Assembly: GCA_918797485.1 (NCBI GenBank)
Contig: CAKKNE010000001.1
Span: 1,550,001-1,614,000 of the forward strand
Source of the DNA: Pelagomonas calceolata
Lineage: Eukaryota
Direction of reading: 5' to 3'
Length of the DNA: 64,000 nucleotides
Part shown: one piece after another, positions 23,024 to 33,646 of the stretch
Layout: each line of letters starts with the position of its first letter
Position numbering within the stretch: the first letter of the stretch is position 1
Notes under the pieces: model-generated
The model's input: only the letters and a program-made list of their open reading frames with translations
Databases searched by the model: none
Told to the model about the DNA's origin: nothing
Program-made: the position numbers and the translations under genes

Positions 23024-23269
23024 CTGTCCAAACGATGTCCAAAGCCCCGCCTCCGGTCCCGAGGGCTCGAGGCGCGCAGGAAGTGTAATGTATACATGTA
23101 CATCAATATGTACGCTCGTTCTGCAAACCCGTACCGCGCCCATACTCAACTCAACTTTACTCAAGGCTCTCCTCGTATGGTTCGCGGGGCGCGTGCGCAT
23201 ACGGTGCTTACCGGTAGCACGGGCAGCGTGAGCACGGGCAGCGTGCGCCGGCCAGTTGTGTAGCAACAG

Positions 23270-24680
23270 ATGCACAAGCTCCAACTTATCGCGGCCCTTG
23301 CCCAGGTTGTGGCTGCCCAGGTTGTGGCCACCCAGGCCGCACACAAACACAAGGTCACGAGGCACGCCGTCGCACGGGAGCTCACAGATAGCTACGCCAT
23401 GGACGACGATAGCATTAGGACGGCAGTGGCTGCGTGGACCTCGGATGCGGCGGCGGCCGAGGCGACGTACGGTCATATTTCTACATGGGACACATCGGGG
23501 GTGACGGACATGTCGGAGTTGTTTTGCGCCGGGGACTATTGTGACTACTACAACTCGGGGGCAGCGTCCTTCAACGAGAACATCGGCGCGTGGGATACCA
23601 CCGAAGCCACGAGCATGGCAGGGATGTTCCGGGGCGCCTCATCGTTTAACCAACCTCTTGGCGACTGGAGTTTTGACAATATCATCGATATGCGCTCGAT
23701 GTTCTACGGCGCTTCGGCCTTCGACCAGGACCTCGGCTGGTGCGTTATTCCCGACGATGGCCAGTCGCCACCGGGTGGCATTCTCAACGGCGCATTCGAT
23801 GGCACCCTGTGCGAGTCGACGGCATGCGGCATCGTGGAGGACGGCTGCACGCGGGCGCCGACGACGTCCGCGCCGACCGGCTTCGTGACCCCGCCGTTCA
23901 ACGTTGGCGGCAACACGACGAGCACCTGCATCGCGGCTCCGGACGGAGCGCAACGAACGCCCGATGGATCCGGCAGCTGCGCGGCGGCGTGGCTCTACGA
24001 ACGAGACCGTGAACCCTGGGTGCCTGGCGCCACGGCCTGCTTCGGCCGCGCGAACTTTGGCTGCCAGAAGTGCGATGGCGATGCGCATCCCTGGTGCGAG
24101 GCCGTCGACGACTATGGCAATCATACAGGCTGGCGCTATTCAGAGCATCAATCAAACGTGCACCCGACTGACTTGTTGATTTGTGCACAGGTGCTATTGC
24201 TCCGACGAGGACACGGACGAAGAAAGTAAAGGTACGATAGATTTTTTGGAGATCGACACGATCGACACGACGCCCACGGACGAAGCGTGCATCATCCTGC
24301 ATCACCACTATGGTAGCTCATACGGTCCCATTACTGGAGATTATACATGCGCAACAAGCTGGAAGTATACTGAAGCTATCCACCAAGAGGTCTTTCACTA
24401 TGATGATGATTTACAGACTTGGCAGACTTTGTACGGCTGCGGTCCGCGAACCCTGGACGGATCTGTGTGGAACGGGGATTTCTGGTGCGATGCCGTGGAC
24501 GCTAATGGAGAGTACGTCGGTTGGTGTGAGTGCGAGCCGGCGCCGTCGCCGGCGCCGTCGTCCAGCACCTCGTACTCGCTGACGCCCGCGCCGGCGGCGG
24601 GCACCCTCGGCAGCGACGGCGCGCGCAAGACGACAATTCACTACCTCGGCGCCGCGACGCTCCTCTTCCTGGCGTCCTGA
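23270..24680 (+). CDS. BspA/DUF285-repeat surface protein with two Cys-rich modules; exons 23270-24132 and 24191-24680
   Basis: Signal peptide; WDTSGVTDMSELF, FNENIGAWDT, MFRGASSFNQPLGDW, MFYGASAFDQDLGW repeats. Spliced GWCYC parallels downstream GWCEC. Hydrophobic C-terminus resembles a GPI signal. Confidence 0.85.
24141..24190. mobile_element. Degenerate introner (50 bp); GC-AG intron 24133-24190
   Basis: TSD GCGCTATT/GTGCTATT (7/8). GTGCACCCGACTGACTTGTTGATTTGTGCACAG is the reverse complement of the family left end. Confidence 0.8.
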
Positions 24681-24808
24681 CTCTGATCGCTCGAGTTTCA
24701 CCCCCAAAAAAAGAAGGCTGTCCATAGAGCCCCAATTCGCGATCGTTCAAGTTCCATACCCAACTGTCCATACTAAACCCTCTGTCGATAAATCCATGTA
24801 CATGTAAA

Positions 24809-27016
24809 TCATGACACGATTACGCGCCCCCGCCGCCCGGCGCTCTTCCGCCGCGGCCGCCGCGAGGCGTCGGTCTCGGCGAGCGCGTCGAGGATGAGCC
24901 GCCGCGGCCCGATCGGGATGCGCATCTCCGCGAGGTCCGCGCTCGTGAGCTTGGGCAGCGAGGCCGCGTCGACCTCGTTCTCGCGAAACGTGTCCAGGAA
25001 GCGCACGAGGTCGAGGCGCGTCAGGAGCGCCCTGACGGCCGGGTCCGCGCCGTCGGCGTCGTTGTCGTCGGTCGTCGCGTCGTCGTCGTTCGCGTCGAGC
25101 GAGACGGTCTCGACGTCCGGCTGCGCGAACTCGGAGAGGACCGCCTCGAGTTCGCGCGCGCGCGCCACGGCGTCGACGCCGGCCTCCTCCGCCGCCTGCA
25201 CGGCCGCGAGGCCCCTTCTCAACGTCTTCGCGCCGATCCCTTCTTCGGCAGCCGCCACCGCCGCCAGCTCGATCTCGTCGAGGGGCTCGGCCTCGCCCTC
25301 GTCGTCGATGGCAGCCGCCAGCTCGTCGAAGTGCGCGAGCGACGCGTCGGCGTTCTCGAGCGCCGCGGCGGCCGCCGCGGCCGCCTGGCGCGCGGCCGAG
25401 GCGCGCTTTTTTCTCCGCTTCTTCGCGTTCTTTTTCGAGGTGGCGTTGGCCGGCGGCGCTGCAGGTTCGGGAGTGGGTGCGGGCGGCGGCGGCGGCGGGG
25501 CCGGCGCGGCGCGGAGCAGCGCGACGATCTCGGACTTCTCGCAGCACCGGCTGATGTCGACGCCGCGCTCAGCCGCCAAGGCTTTGAGCGCCTTTACACT
25601 AAGTCCCGCGAGGCCGTCGTCGGCGGGCTCGGCGAGCACGGGCGCGAGCGCGCGCTCGCCCTCCCGCAACGCCCGGGCGACCGCAGACGACGGCGCCGCG
25701 GCGACGCAGGCCGCGAGCTCGGCGGCGACGTCTTCCGGCCGCGTGATCGCCAGCGTCGTCAGCGCGCCGACGTAGGCTTTCGCCGTGGCGACGTCGACGC
25801 CCGCAACCCTCAAAGATAGCCTCGTCTTGTCCCGCAATGGGTCCGCGCCCGCCTCGAGCAGGGCGCGCACGCAACCCAGGCGCCCCTTGTCGAGGGCCAG
25901 CGCCAGCGCCGTGGACCCGCGCGCCGTCTCCGCATCAACGTCGCGCGCCCGCGCCAGCAGCGCTTTCACAATTTCCGCGTGCCCGGCGTCGGCCGCGCGG
26001 TGCAGCGCCGGCGCGACGCTCCGATGCGGGGACCAGTCCGCCAATAGCGCCGCGACGAGGGCCCCCCGGCCTCTCGTTGCCGCTCTAGCTAGTGCCACGT
26101 CCGCGTCGAGGTCCCGCGCCCCCGCGGCCCGCACCGCGGCGACGAGCGCCGCCGCCTCCTCGTCGTTCGCCGCGTCGGCCGCCCATAATAACGCCCTTCT
26201 GCCGTCGCGCCCCTTCGTCGCGCCGAGCGTTGTATAACCTTTCGCCGCCGCCGCCTTGATGAGCTCGTGGACGACGGGCAGCTTGCCTTGCGTCCGTTTC
26301 GCGCCGCCGGCGAAGGCGCCGGACAAAGCGCTTCGTTCGATCTTTTCACTTTTTAAAGATGCTAAAAAAGCCGTGCCCCACACATCCAACTGATCATTTT
26401 TGAGTGAAACGCACTTGGACACCGGGCAGGCCTCGTCCAGCAGCGGGTATTCATCTTTAATGTCGACGGATGCGGGCACATCTAACAATACGATGCGTTT
26501 GACCTCCTTCAAATCGCCAGCAGCGCACGCCGTGATCAGATCGCGCGCGACGCCGTCCCCAACACCCTCGAGCAGCGCCTTTCCCAGTGAAGCCGGCGGC
26601 CGCCTTTTGACAATTTCACATTTTTCCAAGGCTCGGATCGCACTCTCCGAGTCCTCGTGGACCCAAATTTCCCCTCTATCCTCATCCACTTGGACGACGT
26701 AGGGGCAGACCATCCCCTCCTGCTGCGCCCAGTGTCTGATCACAGTACCCGTGAGCCAGATCTCCTCGTCCTCCTCGACGCAGCACATGACCCTTGAACC
26801 GACGTCGAAGCGCGGCGGCGGCAATAGGGGGTGGTCTTCGGGCCGCCTTCGCGCTTCGCCCTGACGGAACGACTCGAGCATTTCATCAATATTCTGCTGG
26901 GGCCCGCCGGGCCGCCCCAGCACCTCGCGCGCCACGTGCTTCACGTGCTCCATCGCGACGTCGTCGTCGTCGGACGACGAATCGTCGATGTGCGCAAACC
27001 GGCTGTAGTCCACCAT
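24809..27016 (-). CDS. Ankyrin-repeat protein with SAP-like motif and C-terminal SAM domain
   Basis: ALHRAADAGHAEIVKALL and GSTALALALDKGRLGCVRALLEAGADP (ankyrin); LSVKALKALAAERGVDISRCCEKSEIV; LDLVRFLDTFRENEVD...LAEMRIPIGPRRLIL (SAM). Confidence 0.85.
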   Translation of the reverse strand: MVDYSRFAHIDDSSSDDDDVAMEHVKHVAREVLGRPGGPQQNIDEMLESFRQGEARRRPEDHPLLPPPRFDVGSRVMCCVEEDEEIWLTGTVIRHWAQQEGMVCPYVVQVDEDRGEIWVHEDSESAIRALEKCEIVKRRPPASLGKALLEGVGDGVARDLITACAAGDLKEVKRIVLLDVPASVDIKDEYPLLDEACPVSKCVSLKNDQLDVWGTAFLASLKSEKIERSALSGAFAGGAKRTQGKLPVVHELIKAAAAKGYTTLGATKGRDGRRALLWAADAANDEEAAALVAAVRAAGARDLDADVALARAATRGRGALVAALLADWSPHRSVAPALHRAADAGHAEIVKALLARARDVDAETARGSTALALALDKGRLGCVRALLEAGADPLRDKTRLSLRVAGVDVATAKAYVGALTTLAITRPEDVAAELAACVAAAPSSAVARALREGERALAPVLAEPADDGLAGLSVKALKALAAERGVDISRCCEKSEIVALLRAAPAPPPPPPAPTPEPAAPPANATSKKNAKKRRKKRASAARQAAAAAAAALENADASLAHFDELAAAIDDEGEAEPLDEIELAAVAAAEEGIGAKTLRRGLAAVQAAEEAGVDAVARARELEAVLSEFAQPDVETVSLDANDDDATTDDNDADGADPAVRALLTRLDLVRFLDTFRENEVDAASLPKLTSADLAEMRIPIGPRRLILDALAETDASRRPRRKSAGRRGRVIVS

Positions 27017-27192
27017 TGTGCCGTGTTCGGCTACCGGGTTGAGGGTGGCGAGGGGTGAGGGGGCAGCCCCCCGGCAGCGCTACGTGCGCTTTGCCGGAAT
27101 ATCCTCCAGCGCTCGGGGCCCGAAGGTCCTTGCGGCCGTTCGCACTGGCTCTCGAATCGACGCGAAAAAAAAGAGAGCTAGAGCTTGTAAAC

Positions 27193-27206
27193 GCTAGCTG
27201 TAAGAC
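27193..27206 (+). promoter_or_regulatory. Partial copy of CTAG-bounded intergenic motif
   Basis: GCTAGCTGTAAGAC between divergent starts at 27016 and 27493. Confidence 0.4.
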
Positions 27207-27492
27207 GCTTCAAGTTTCCGATCTCGAAGGCCACGCCGTGCGGGATACGGGCTCGGACGCGTGGCGCGGACGGGTGGCTCACAGGTGTTTGTCTTGGTCG
27301 AGCGCTCCAGGTGCTTGGTTTGCGGCGGCGCCTTCTCCGCGGAGCGGACGCTGCCCACGGCTGCTGTCGTGCCGCATACGTCATTTCGGCAGCCCTGCGA
27401 CGCGTCGACCAAAATCTTGAGCCCACAGCCCTTTGCACACTCACACTGTGCCGTCGACGAGAGAGCCTCAGGGCAGCGTGCCGCCGCCGACG

Positions 27493-28476
27493 ATGCCCAA
27501 AAAGAAGGACGACGACCTGGACCTGCGCTTCGACCCGCGGGCCGAGCTCGGCCTCGACCCGAAGTGCACGTTCGACGTCCATATTGCGGAGGACGGCGTC
27601 GGTCCCAAATCTGATGACGGCCCGGCGCCCGACGACCCCGACGTCATTGACCTGGGCCAGCCGCCGGACTATGCTTACTATTCTAGAGAAGATCCGACCG
27701 CTTATGAAGTAAAACCCCTCGGCCCGAAGAAGGAGCTCCGGAAGAACAAAGAAGGTTTAATCATGCCAGATCCCGACCCGCGCTTCCCCGAAGAAGGCCC
27801 GGAGTGCGAGACGAAGGTCGTGGGAGGCCACACGATTTACAAGGTCGGCGCGAAGCAGTGGTACTCGCCCGGCAAGCCTTATGATGGCCCGAGCTGCGCG
27901 CGGCGGTTGCGGGATTTACTAGACCACTACGATCGCTTAATGTGCGTCTCCACGCCTCGAACGCAATCGCGGGAGGACGCTGCTGCCGAGAAGGCGGACA
28001 CGAAGCCTGGCGGGAAGAACTACGACCCCCTCTACGACTGGTCCCTGTACGGCCGCGAGGACCACCCGCGCTGGCTCCAGTTTTGCAGGGAGGAGAAGAT
28101 GCGCGACGAGGCGAAGGCCAAAGGGCTCATACCACCGGGCACCACAGATTTCGACGGCGTCGACCGCTACGGCGAGAACGACCCCTTCATTTTTAATGGA
28201 TACCGCCAGGAGGAGTACGACGCCTTCTACGCGCGCTACCCGTTTCTGTATCAAAAGGGCGACTGGACGCACTTTGAAGCGGAGGACATGGTTGAAGTTA
28301 GGCATAGTCCTGGCTACAAGCCGGACTTCGAAGGGAAGTTGGACGAGCCTTCTAACCCTAAACCGAAGAAGAAGCGGGGCTGGTTCGCGCGCGCGCCGGC
28401 GCCGGCGCCGTCTCCCGTGCCCGAGTCGCCCGTGCGGCGCCTCGACGATTTGAATCTGGACGACGACATTGACTAA
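27493..28476 (+). CDS. Hypothetical acidic/aromatic-rich protein
   Basis: ATG 27493; protein-like composition and GC3 bias; no family recognised. Confidence 0.75.
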   Translation: MPKKKDDDLDLRFDPRAELGLDPKCTFDVHIAEDGVGPKSDDGPAPDDPDVIDLGQPPDYAYYSREDPTAYEVKPLGPKKELRKNKEGLIMPDPDPRFPEEGPECETKVVGGHTIYKVGAKQWYSPGKPYDGPSCARRLRDLLDHYDRLMCVSTPRTQSREDAAAEKADTKPGGKNYDPLYDWSLYGREDHPRWLQFCREEKMRDEAKAKGLIPPGTTDFDGVDRYGENDPFIFNGYRQEEYDAFYARYPFLYQKGDWTHFEAEDMVEVRHSPGYKPDFEGKLDEPSNPKPKKKRGWFARAPAPAPSPVPESPVRRLDDLNLDDDID

Positions 28477-28656
28477 GTCTGTCCTTCTGTACTTCCTGTG
28501 GCTGTCGATTATAGCGACATATCTATATGGCGCGAGATCTGAGGCTACACATCCGCGTCGCGCCCCGCCCGCGGCCCAGAAACCCTCTCGGGGAGTACTT
28601 GCCAGGGGCATTGCTCCTCCGGTTGCGTAGGTCGTAGGATAGACACACAATACAAC

Positions 28657-30036
28657 TTAGCTCAAACCTGCGTCCTCGAGAAGCCCGTCCCGCAGAGAGT
28701 CCGCGGGCCGCCGCCGCCGCGATGCAAAAGCGAGGAGGACCGCCCAGACGGCCGCCCACGCGATCATCGCGGCCGCGCCGAGCTCGTACAAGAATTCGTA
28801 GCCGCGCGCTCGGATGATTCGGCCGCCGATAACGGAGCCCGTTCCAACTCCAAGATAGTAGTAGGCGCCCCGCACGAGTGCCTGCGCTGTCCCTTGCCGC
28901 TCCGGCGGCGCGGCCCGCCTCGCGTACTCCACGGCCGCGCTCCACATCATCGCGAAAGTAAGCGCGTGAGATGGCTCCAGTAACACGAACCACAAGTAGC
29001 CATGCGTAGATTTCGCGTAACGTGCGAGTGTTGCATAAGCGGTGCAGCGCAACGCAAAGAGCAATTGCGCACCAACCAGACAAGGTCTGACGCCGATCCG
29101 GTCGATGACGCGAGTTGCGTACAGAAAGACAGGGATCTCGAACACGGCCGCGATCAAAATGAGCAATCCTAGAAACCAGTTCGGCGTGAGGGGCCACTCC
29201 GTCGCCACAAAAAGCAGCAGATAAGACTCCACAAAAGCCGCGAGACAGCCGTGAACGAAGAAGTTGAGGAAGTAGAGGGGTACCGGAGCGACGAGGAAGA
29301 CGCTCGCGAGGGACGCGGGCGCCGCGGCGGCGTCAGGACGTCTGGGCTTCGGATTCTCGAAGCAGGCGACGACTAGGGCTGATGAGAGGCCTGTACCAAT
29401 ACCGTAGGCGATGAACACCGCAGAGAACCCGTAGCGGTCGACGCCTGCACCCATGCCGACGGCGGCCAGGCCCCAGCCGATCGCGGCCCAGAGGCGCAAG
29501 GAGCCGTAGCTCGCGCCGCCGCGTGTCTGCGCGACCACGGCGATCGCATCTATGAGCGTGCCCGAGGGCGACGTAAAAAACGCATAAGCATCCGTCAGGA
29601 GCGCGAGCACGACGACACGCTTCCAACCGTGCATGCCGTGCCAAGGCGAGAGAAGACTTGTCGTCGAGAGCGCCAACGCGACGCTTACAAAATTTGTCCC
29701 GAGCAAGACGCCACGGAAGCGGCCCGTCTTGTCCGCGACGCGGCCGAAGACGAGCCCGCCGAGGAATCGGCAGACCTGCGCTACTGCCAACACGACGCCG
29801 ACCTGCGCGACGTCCAAGCCGCGAGCCGCCAAGAAGAGCGGCGTGAATTTTGAGACGCCCGCAGCGGCGCCGGTTTCCAGCAGATTCAGCAACGCCATGG
29901 TCCAGTAGTAGCGCCGCTGCTGTTTGCTCTCCTCTGACTCGTCTGGCGCATCGTTCGAGCCTGCACCTGGCGCATCACTGCTCTCAGCTCCGGATGGCAG
30001 GGGTGCGTAACCTGAAGCGTCCTCAGGCGTCGCCAT
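28657..30036 (-). CDS. Major facilitator superfamily transporter (MFSD6/MFS_1-like)
   Basis: About 12 hydrophobic helices; GRVADKTGRFR, YGSLRLWAAIGWG, FEIPVF, LEPSHALTFAMMW. Confidence 0.9.
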   Translation of the reverse strand: MATPEDASGYAPLPSGAESSDAPGAGSNDAPDESEESKQQRRYYWTMALLNLLETGAAAGVSKFTPLFLAARGLDVAQVGVVLAVAQVCRFLGGLVFGRVADKTGRFRGVLLGTNFVSVALALSTTSLLSPWHGMHGWKRVVVLALLTDAYAFFTSPSGTLIDAIAVVAQTRGGASYGSLRLWAAIGWGLAAVGMGAGVDRYGFSAVFIAYGIGTGLSSALVVACFENPKPRRPDAAAAPASLASVFLVAPVPLYFLNFFVHGCLAAFVESYLLLFVATEWPLTPNWFLGLLILIAAVFEIPVFLYATRVIDRIGVRPCLVGAQLLFALRCTAYATLARYAKSTHGYLWFVLLEPSHALTFAMMWSAAVEYARRAAPPERQGTAQALVRGAYYYLGVGTGSVIGGRIIRARGYEFLYELGAAAMIAWAAVWAVLLAFASRRRRPADSLRDGLLEDAGLS

Positions 30037-30135
30037 GCAGGTTAATGCGTGCGCTGCTATCAAAATGCATACATACGGCCCTGGGGCGGAAGTATAGATG
30101 CCATACAGTCGCAAGCACAGAGCAGAGCTGAGAAT

Positions 30136-30159
30136 GCTAGTGCCTTACATGCCGCTAGC
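30136..30159 (-). promoter_or_regulatory. CTAG-bounded intergenic motif
   Basis: Reverse complement GCTAGCGGCATGTAAGGCACTAGC, between divergent MFS and DUS starts. Confidence 0.55.
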
Positions 30160-30307
30160 TATTGCGCATGCGCGGAGAGCTTCAAGGGCGTCGTGAGACG
30201 CTGTGCGTCGTCTCTGGCATCTATGCGATTCGCTGTGAGCGGACGAAGCTGAAATCTGCCCGCGAGCGGCGCTCGACGCTGAGCTGCACTGCTGCAGCAG
30301 CCTCTCC

Positions 30308-31523
30308 ATGAGTGCCATAGTCACTGCCCACGGCAGCGATGGCGAGGCCGTGCAATTTTCCAACGCCAGCGATGGCGACGACGGCGACGACGTGCAAATC
30401 ACGCCAACGCTGACGCTGCGACGACCGATCTACTGCATGGCCCCGATGGTCGGCCAGAGCGATCGACCCTTCCGGCTCTTGTGCCGCCGGCACGGCACTA
30501 CGCTCTGCTACTCGGAGATGCTGATGGCCGACGAGTTCGCCGCGTCGGCGGCGTACCGACTCGAAGCCCTCGGCGACCGCGTCCGCGACCACCCGCTCAT
30601 CGTCCAGTTTGCCGCCAACGAACCCGACGCCTTCGCGCGAGCGGCCGTCGCGGCGCACGCCATGGGCGCGAGCGGCTGTGATCTTAACATCGGCTGTCCG
30701 CAGCGGCGCGCGCGCGAGGGGTTCTACGGTTCCTGGATGCAGGAGGACTGGGACCTGTGCTGTGCAATCATTGCTGCCGCGCGGGCGGCGTGTCCGCGGG
30801 GCTTCGCAATCACGGCGAAGTTGCGTGTGCAGTACTGTGAGAGAGGCACGAGGCCTTCCACAGAGCGGACCGTGGAATTTGCGCGTCGCCTCGTCGCCGC
30901 GGGCGCGGACCTGATCGCACTACACGCCCGTGTTCGCGGCAGCCCCGAGCTACGGCGCGCCGGCGCTGCAGATCTGACCGTCGTGCGAGCGCTGGTGGAC
31001 GCAGGCCTCGGCGTGCCGATTCTATCGAACGGAAACGTGCGCTCGCGAGAGGACGTTGCTTTGAATCTAAAGGCGACGGGCGCCGATGGTGTGATGGTCG
31101 CCGAAGAGCTGCTGCGCGACCCGTCGCTTTTTGCGCCGGAGAAGCGGTCACCACCTGCGCTCATTAGGGATTACCTCAACCTGTTGCAGGAGTGTGAGTC
31201 GGACGTCCCACGCGAGGACGGCTCCGTGAGCGGCTGTGTGGAAATCAATCAGCGAGCGGCCGTCGCGAGCCTCACGCCATCGAGCGTTGTCCCCACAGGT
31301 GAGTGGTAAGGACGGCGCCGTGACGCGCGCGACGACAGAGGGTGTCGAGCGATACTCCGTGTGGTGGGCTAATATTGAGGTGCTCCGTTGCCATGTCAAA
31401 CGCATGTTAGAGCGCGGCGGGTCGTCGAGCAAGGAGACCCTCCAGCGCAACACCTTCCGGAAGGCGGCGACGCTCGCCGACGTCGACCGCTATCTTCGGG
31501 CGCGGCTACGCCTCCCAGAATAA
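30308..31523 (+). CDS. tRNA-dihydrouridine synthase (DUS1-like); exons 30308-31225 and 31299-31523
   Basis: MAPMVGQSDRPFRLL, PLIVQFAAN, DLNIGCPQ, HAR, NGNV, GADGVMVAE. Confidence 0.92.
31234..31298. mobile_element. Degenerate introner; GT-AG intron 31226-31298
   Basis: TSD GTGAGCGG/GTGAGTGG (7/8); intact left TIR CTGTGTGGAAATCAA; CACGCCATCGAGC remnant. Confidence 0.88.
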
Positions 31524-31538
31524 GTTTTGTGTTTACTC

Positions 31539-33646
31539 CTATGCGGCGCTCGCGGCCCCGGCCCATTTCTTCGCGTGCACGTCGAGGCGCTTCTTGAGCT
31601 TCTTGCGCTGGCTCTTCGACACGGGTTCACCCGAGGCGTCGGTCAGCGGCAGGCCGCTCTCGTCGAAGGTACCGTAGCGGCCCGCGAACTCGCCGACCGT
31701 ATACAACTCCTCCGGCGGCGTGTGGCTGTAGTCGAAGGCCGCCGGCGCTTCAGCTTTGGGCGCCTTCGGCTTCGCGGCCTCGGCGACGCGCGGCTGCACG
31801 AGGGTCTCGCCGTCCGGCGTATCCACCAAAGCGAGGCCCCGCTTCACTAAAAACTCAGCGTCTCTCATTTTATCGCTCTCGGCGAGCACCGCGCCGCGCA
31901 GCTTCAGTTTGCTGTCGTCGTCCCTCGCCTCCAGAGCTGCCTTGCGCAGGGTGCCCCGGAAGGCGACGAGCGCCTCGAGCGCCCCGTCGTCGGAATCCTC
32001 TTTACTGGAACTGGAAACGCCGTCCCACGCCCCCGCCGTCTCGACCAGGCCGAGGTCGCGGAGTGACCCCGCCAGGAACGCCGCCGCCGCGTTGACTGGC
32101 TCCGGCACGACGTCCCGTCGCTCCGTCGCGGCCTCGAGGCAGTGCTGCCGCAGGCGCGTCGCGAGGTCCAGCAGCGCCTGGAGCGCCTCCGGGAGGTTCG
32201 CGTCGTCCAGTAACGTCGCCGCGAAGGTCTTTTGCGCGCTGCGGTGCGCCTCATGCAACGCGCGCTCCCTGTCGGTCCAGCGCCGCGGTGCTCTACTCAA
32301 ATCGCCGCTGAGCGCAGTTCGCGCCGCTCTCAAGGAGGCGTCGAAGTCGCGGCGCGCGGCGTCGGCCTCCGCGAGCTTAACTCTAGAATAGGACACCGTC
32401 GACGCGTATCTATGGAGGCCGCAGAAGATGCGGAAGGCCTCGGGGTCCACCGCGTCCTCACCATCTAGCAGTTCGCGGACCGTCACGAAGTTCTTGAGCG
32501 ACTTGCTCATCTTCCTCCCTTCTATATGTAAATGCCCGGTGTGCAACCAACAAGAGCACCACGTCCCCGTCAAGTCAGCATTGCAGCCGCGCCACTGCGC
32601 GATTTCGTTCTCGTGGTGGGGAAAGGCGAGATCTACTCCTCCCGCGTGCAGATCTAAATGTTGACCAAATGCAGCCCGCGTCATCGCACTACATTCAATG
32701 TGCCATCCAGGTCTACCAGCACCCCAAGGAGAGGGCCACGAGATTTCCCCTTCTTTCGCCGCCTTCCACCTGTGTGGAAATCAACCAGTGCGTCGGGTGC
32801 ACGACAATTCTTCACTAAGTCATTTCTCGGCGATGACGTGTCCGTGCTGGCTGAGTCGAGCGCCGAGGAACCGGCATCGCCACGCCATCGAGCAGGCGTC
32901 GCGTTGATGGCGTGGAGGTCGAACGCGCCGTAAAATTTTGATTTCCACACAGCCTTCCACAACGCAAAATCTCGTTGATCTCGTTTGTTGTCCGACGCCG
33001 ACGCCGGGTCCTCCTCGATCAACGCCGCGGCTTGCGCCGCCGCCGTCGAAGTGCCCCTCCCTTCCGCGAAGGCACCATAAGCACCTCCAAGTTTCGCGAC
33101 ATCGAACCACACGCTCCCGTCCGTCGTCGTATACCCATAGCCCTGCTCTACGACCTCTTGGGTGAACTGGACGATGTCCTCGATGTGCTCCGACACCCTC
33201 AATACTAAAGTCGGCTCCCGACACCCGAGTCGCTCCAAGTCTTCGAAAAAATTCGCCTCCTCTACTCGAGCGAGCTCGAGGGGCTCCATTCCTAGCTCCG
33301 CCGCTCTTTTAATAATCTTGTCGTCTATATCGGTAACGCCCATGGCGAAGTCGATCGTCGCGCCTCCAATTGTTTCTGCCGCCCGTCGCACCAGGTCTAA
33401 TGTAACATACGTCCTTGCATGTCCTAAATGCGTCGCGTCGTAGACCGTGGGGCCGCAGGCGTACCACTTCAACGGTTTCTCGTTTTCGACGGGTACGATG
33501 TTCTTGGTGCTCGCGTCGCGCAGTTCCAATGTCGGCATGCGGCTCGCGAGCATCCGCACTGGACTCCGCCGCGGCGCGGGCCGGAGCGCCCGCGCGGCGC
33601 GCGCGACGAGCAGCATTGTGAGGTGGTGCCGGCGGCGGTGGCGCAT
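31539..33646 (-). CDS. CARS: Cysteinyl-tRNA synthetase; exons 33646-32961 and 32769-31539
   Basis: WYACGPTVYD, HLGH (HIGH), TDIDDKII, spliced DFALWKAAK...SPWGAGRPGWHIECSAM, DLAFPHHENE, KMSKSLKNF. Confidence 0.96.
32770..32952. mobile_element. Introner element, near full length (183 bp); GT-AG intron 32960-32770 on minus strand
   Basis: Same TIRs as 17060; perfect TSD CCTTCCAC at 32762-32769 and 32953-32960; splits the conserved DFALWK motif. Confidence 0.96.

Noticed and set aside
23216..23337. Short tandem duplications (AGCACGGGCAGCGTG x2; CCCAGGTTGTGGC x2), also (GGC)n at 22521 and the repeat at 44338-44411
   Set aside because: Ordinary slippage repeats with no further structure.
32681..32960. 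Apparent frameshifts or pseudogenes in CysRS, DUS, TauD, OTU and the sulfotransferases
   Set aside because: Each break is resolved exactly by a GT/GC-AG intron.
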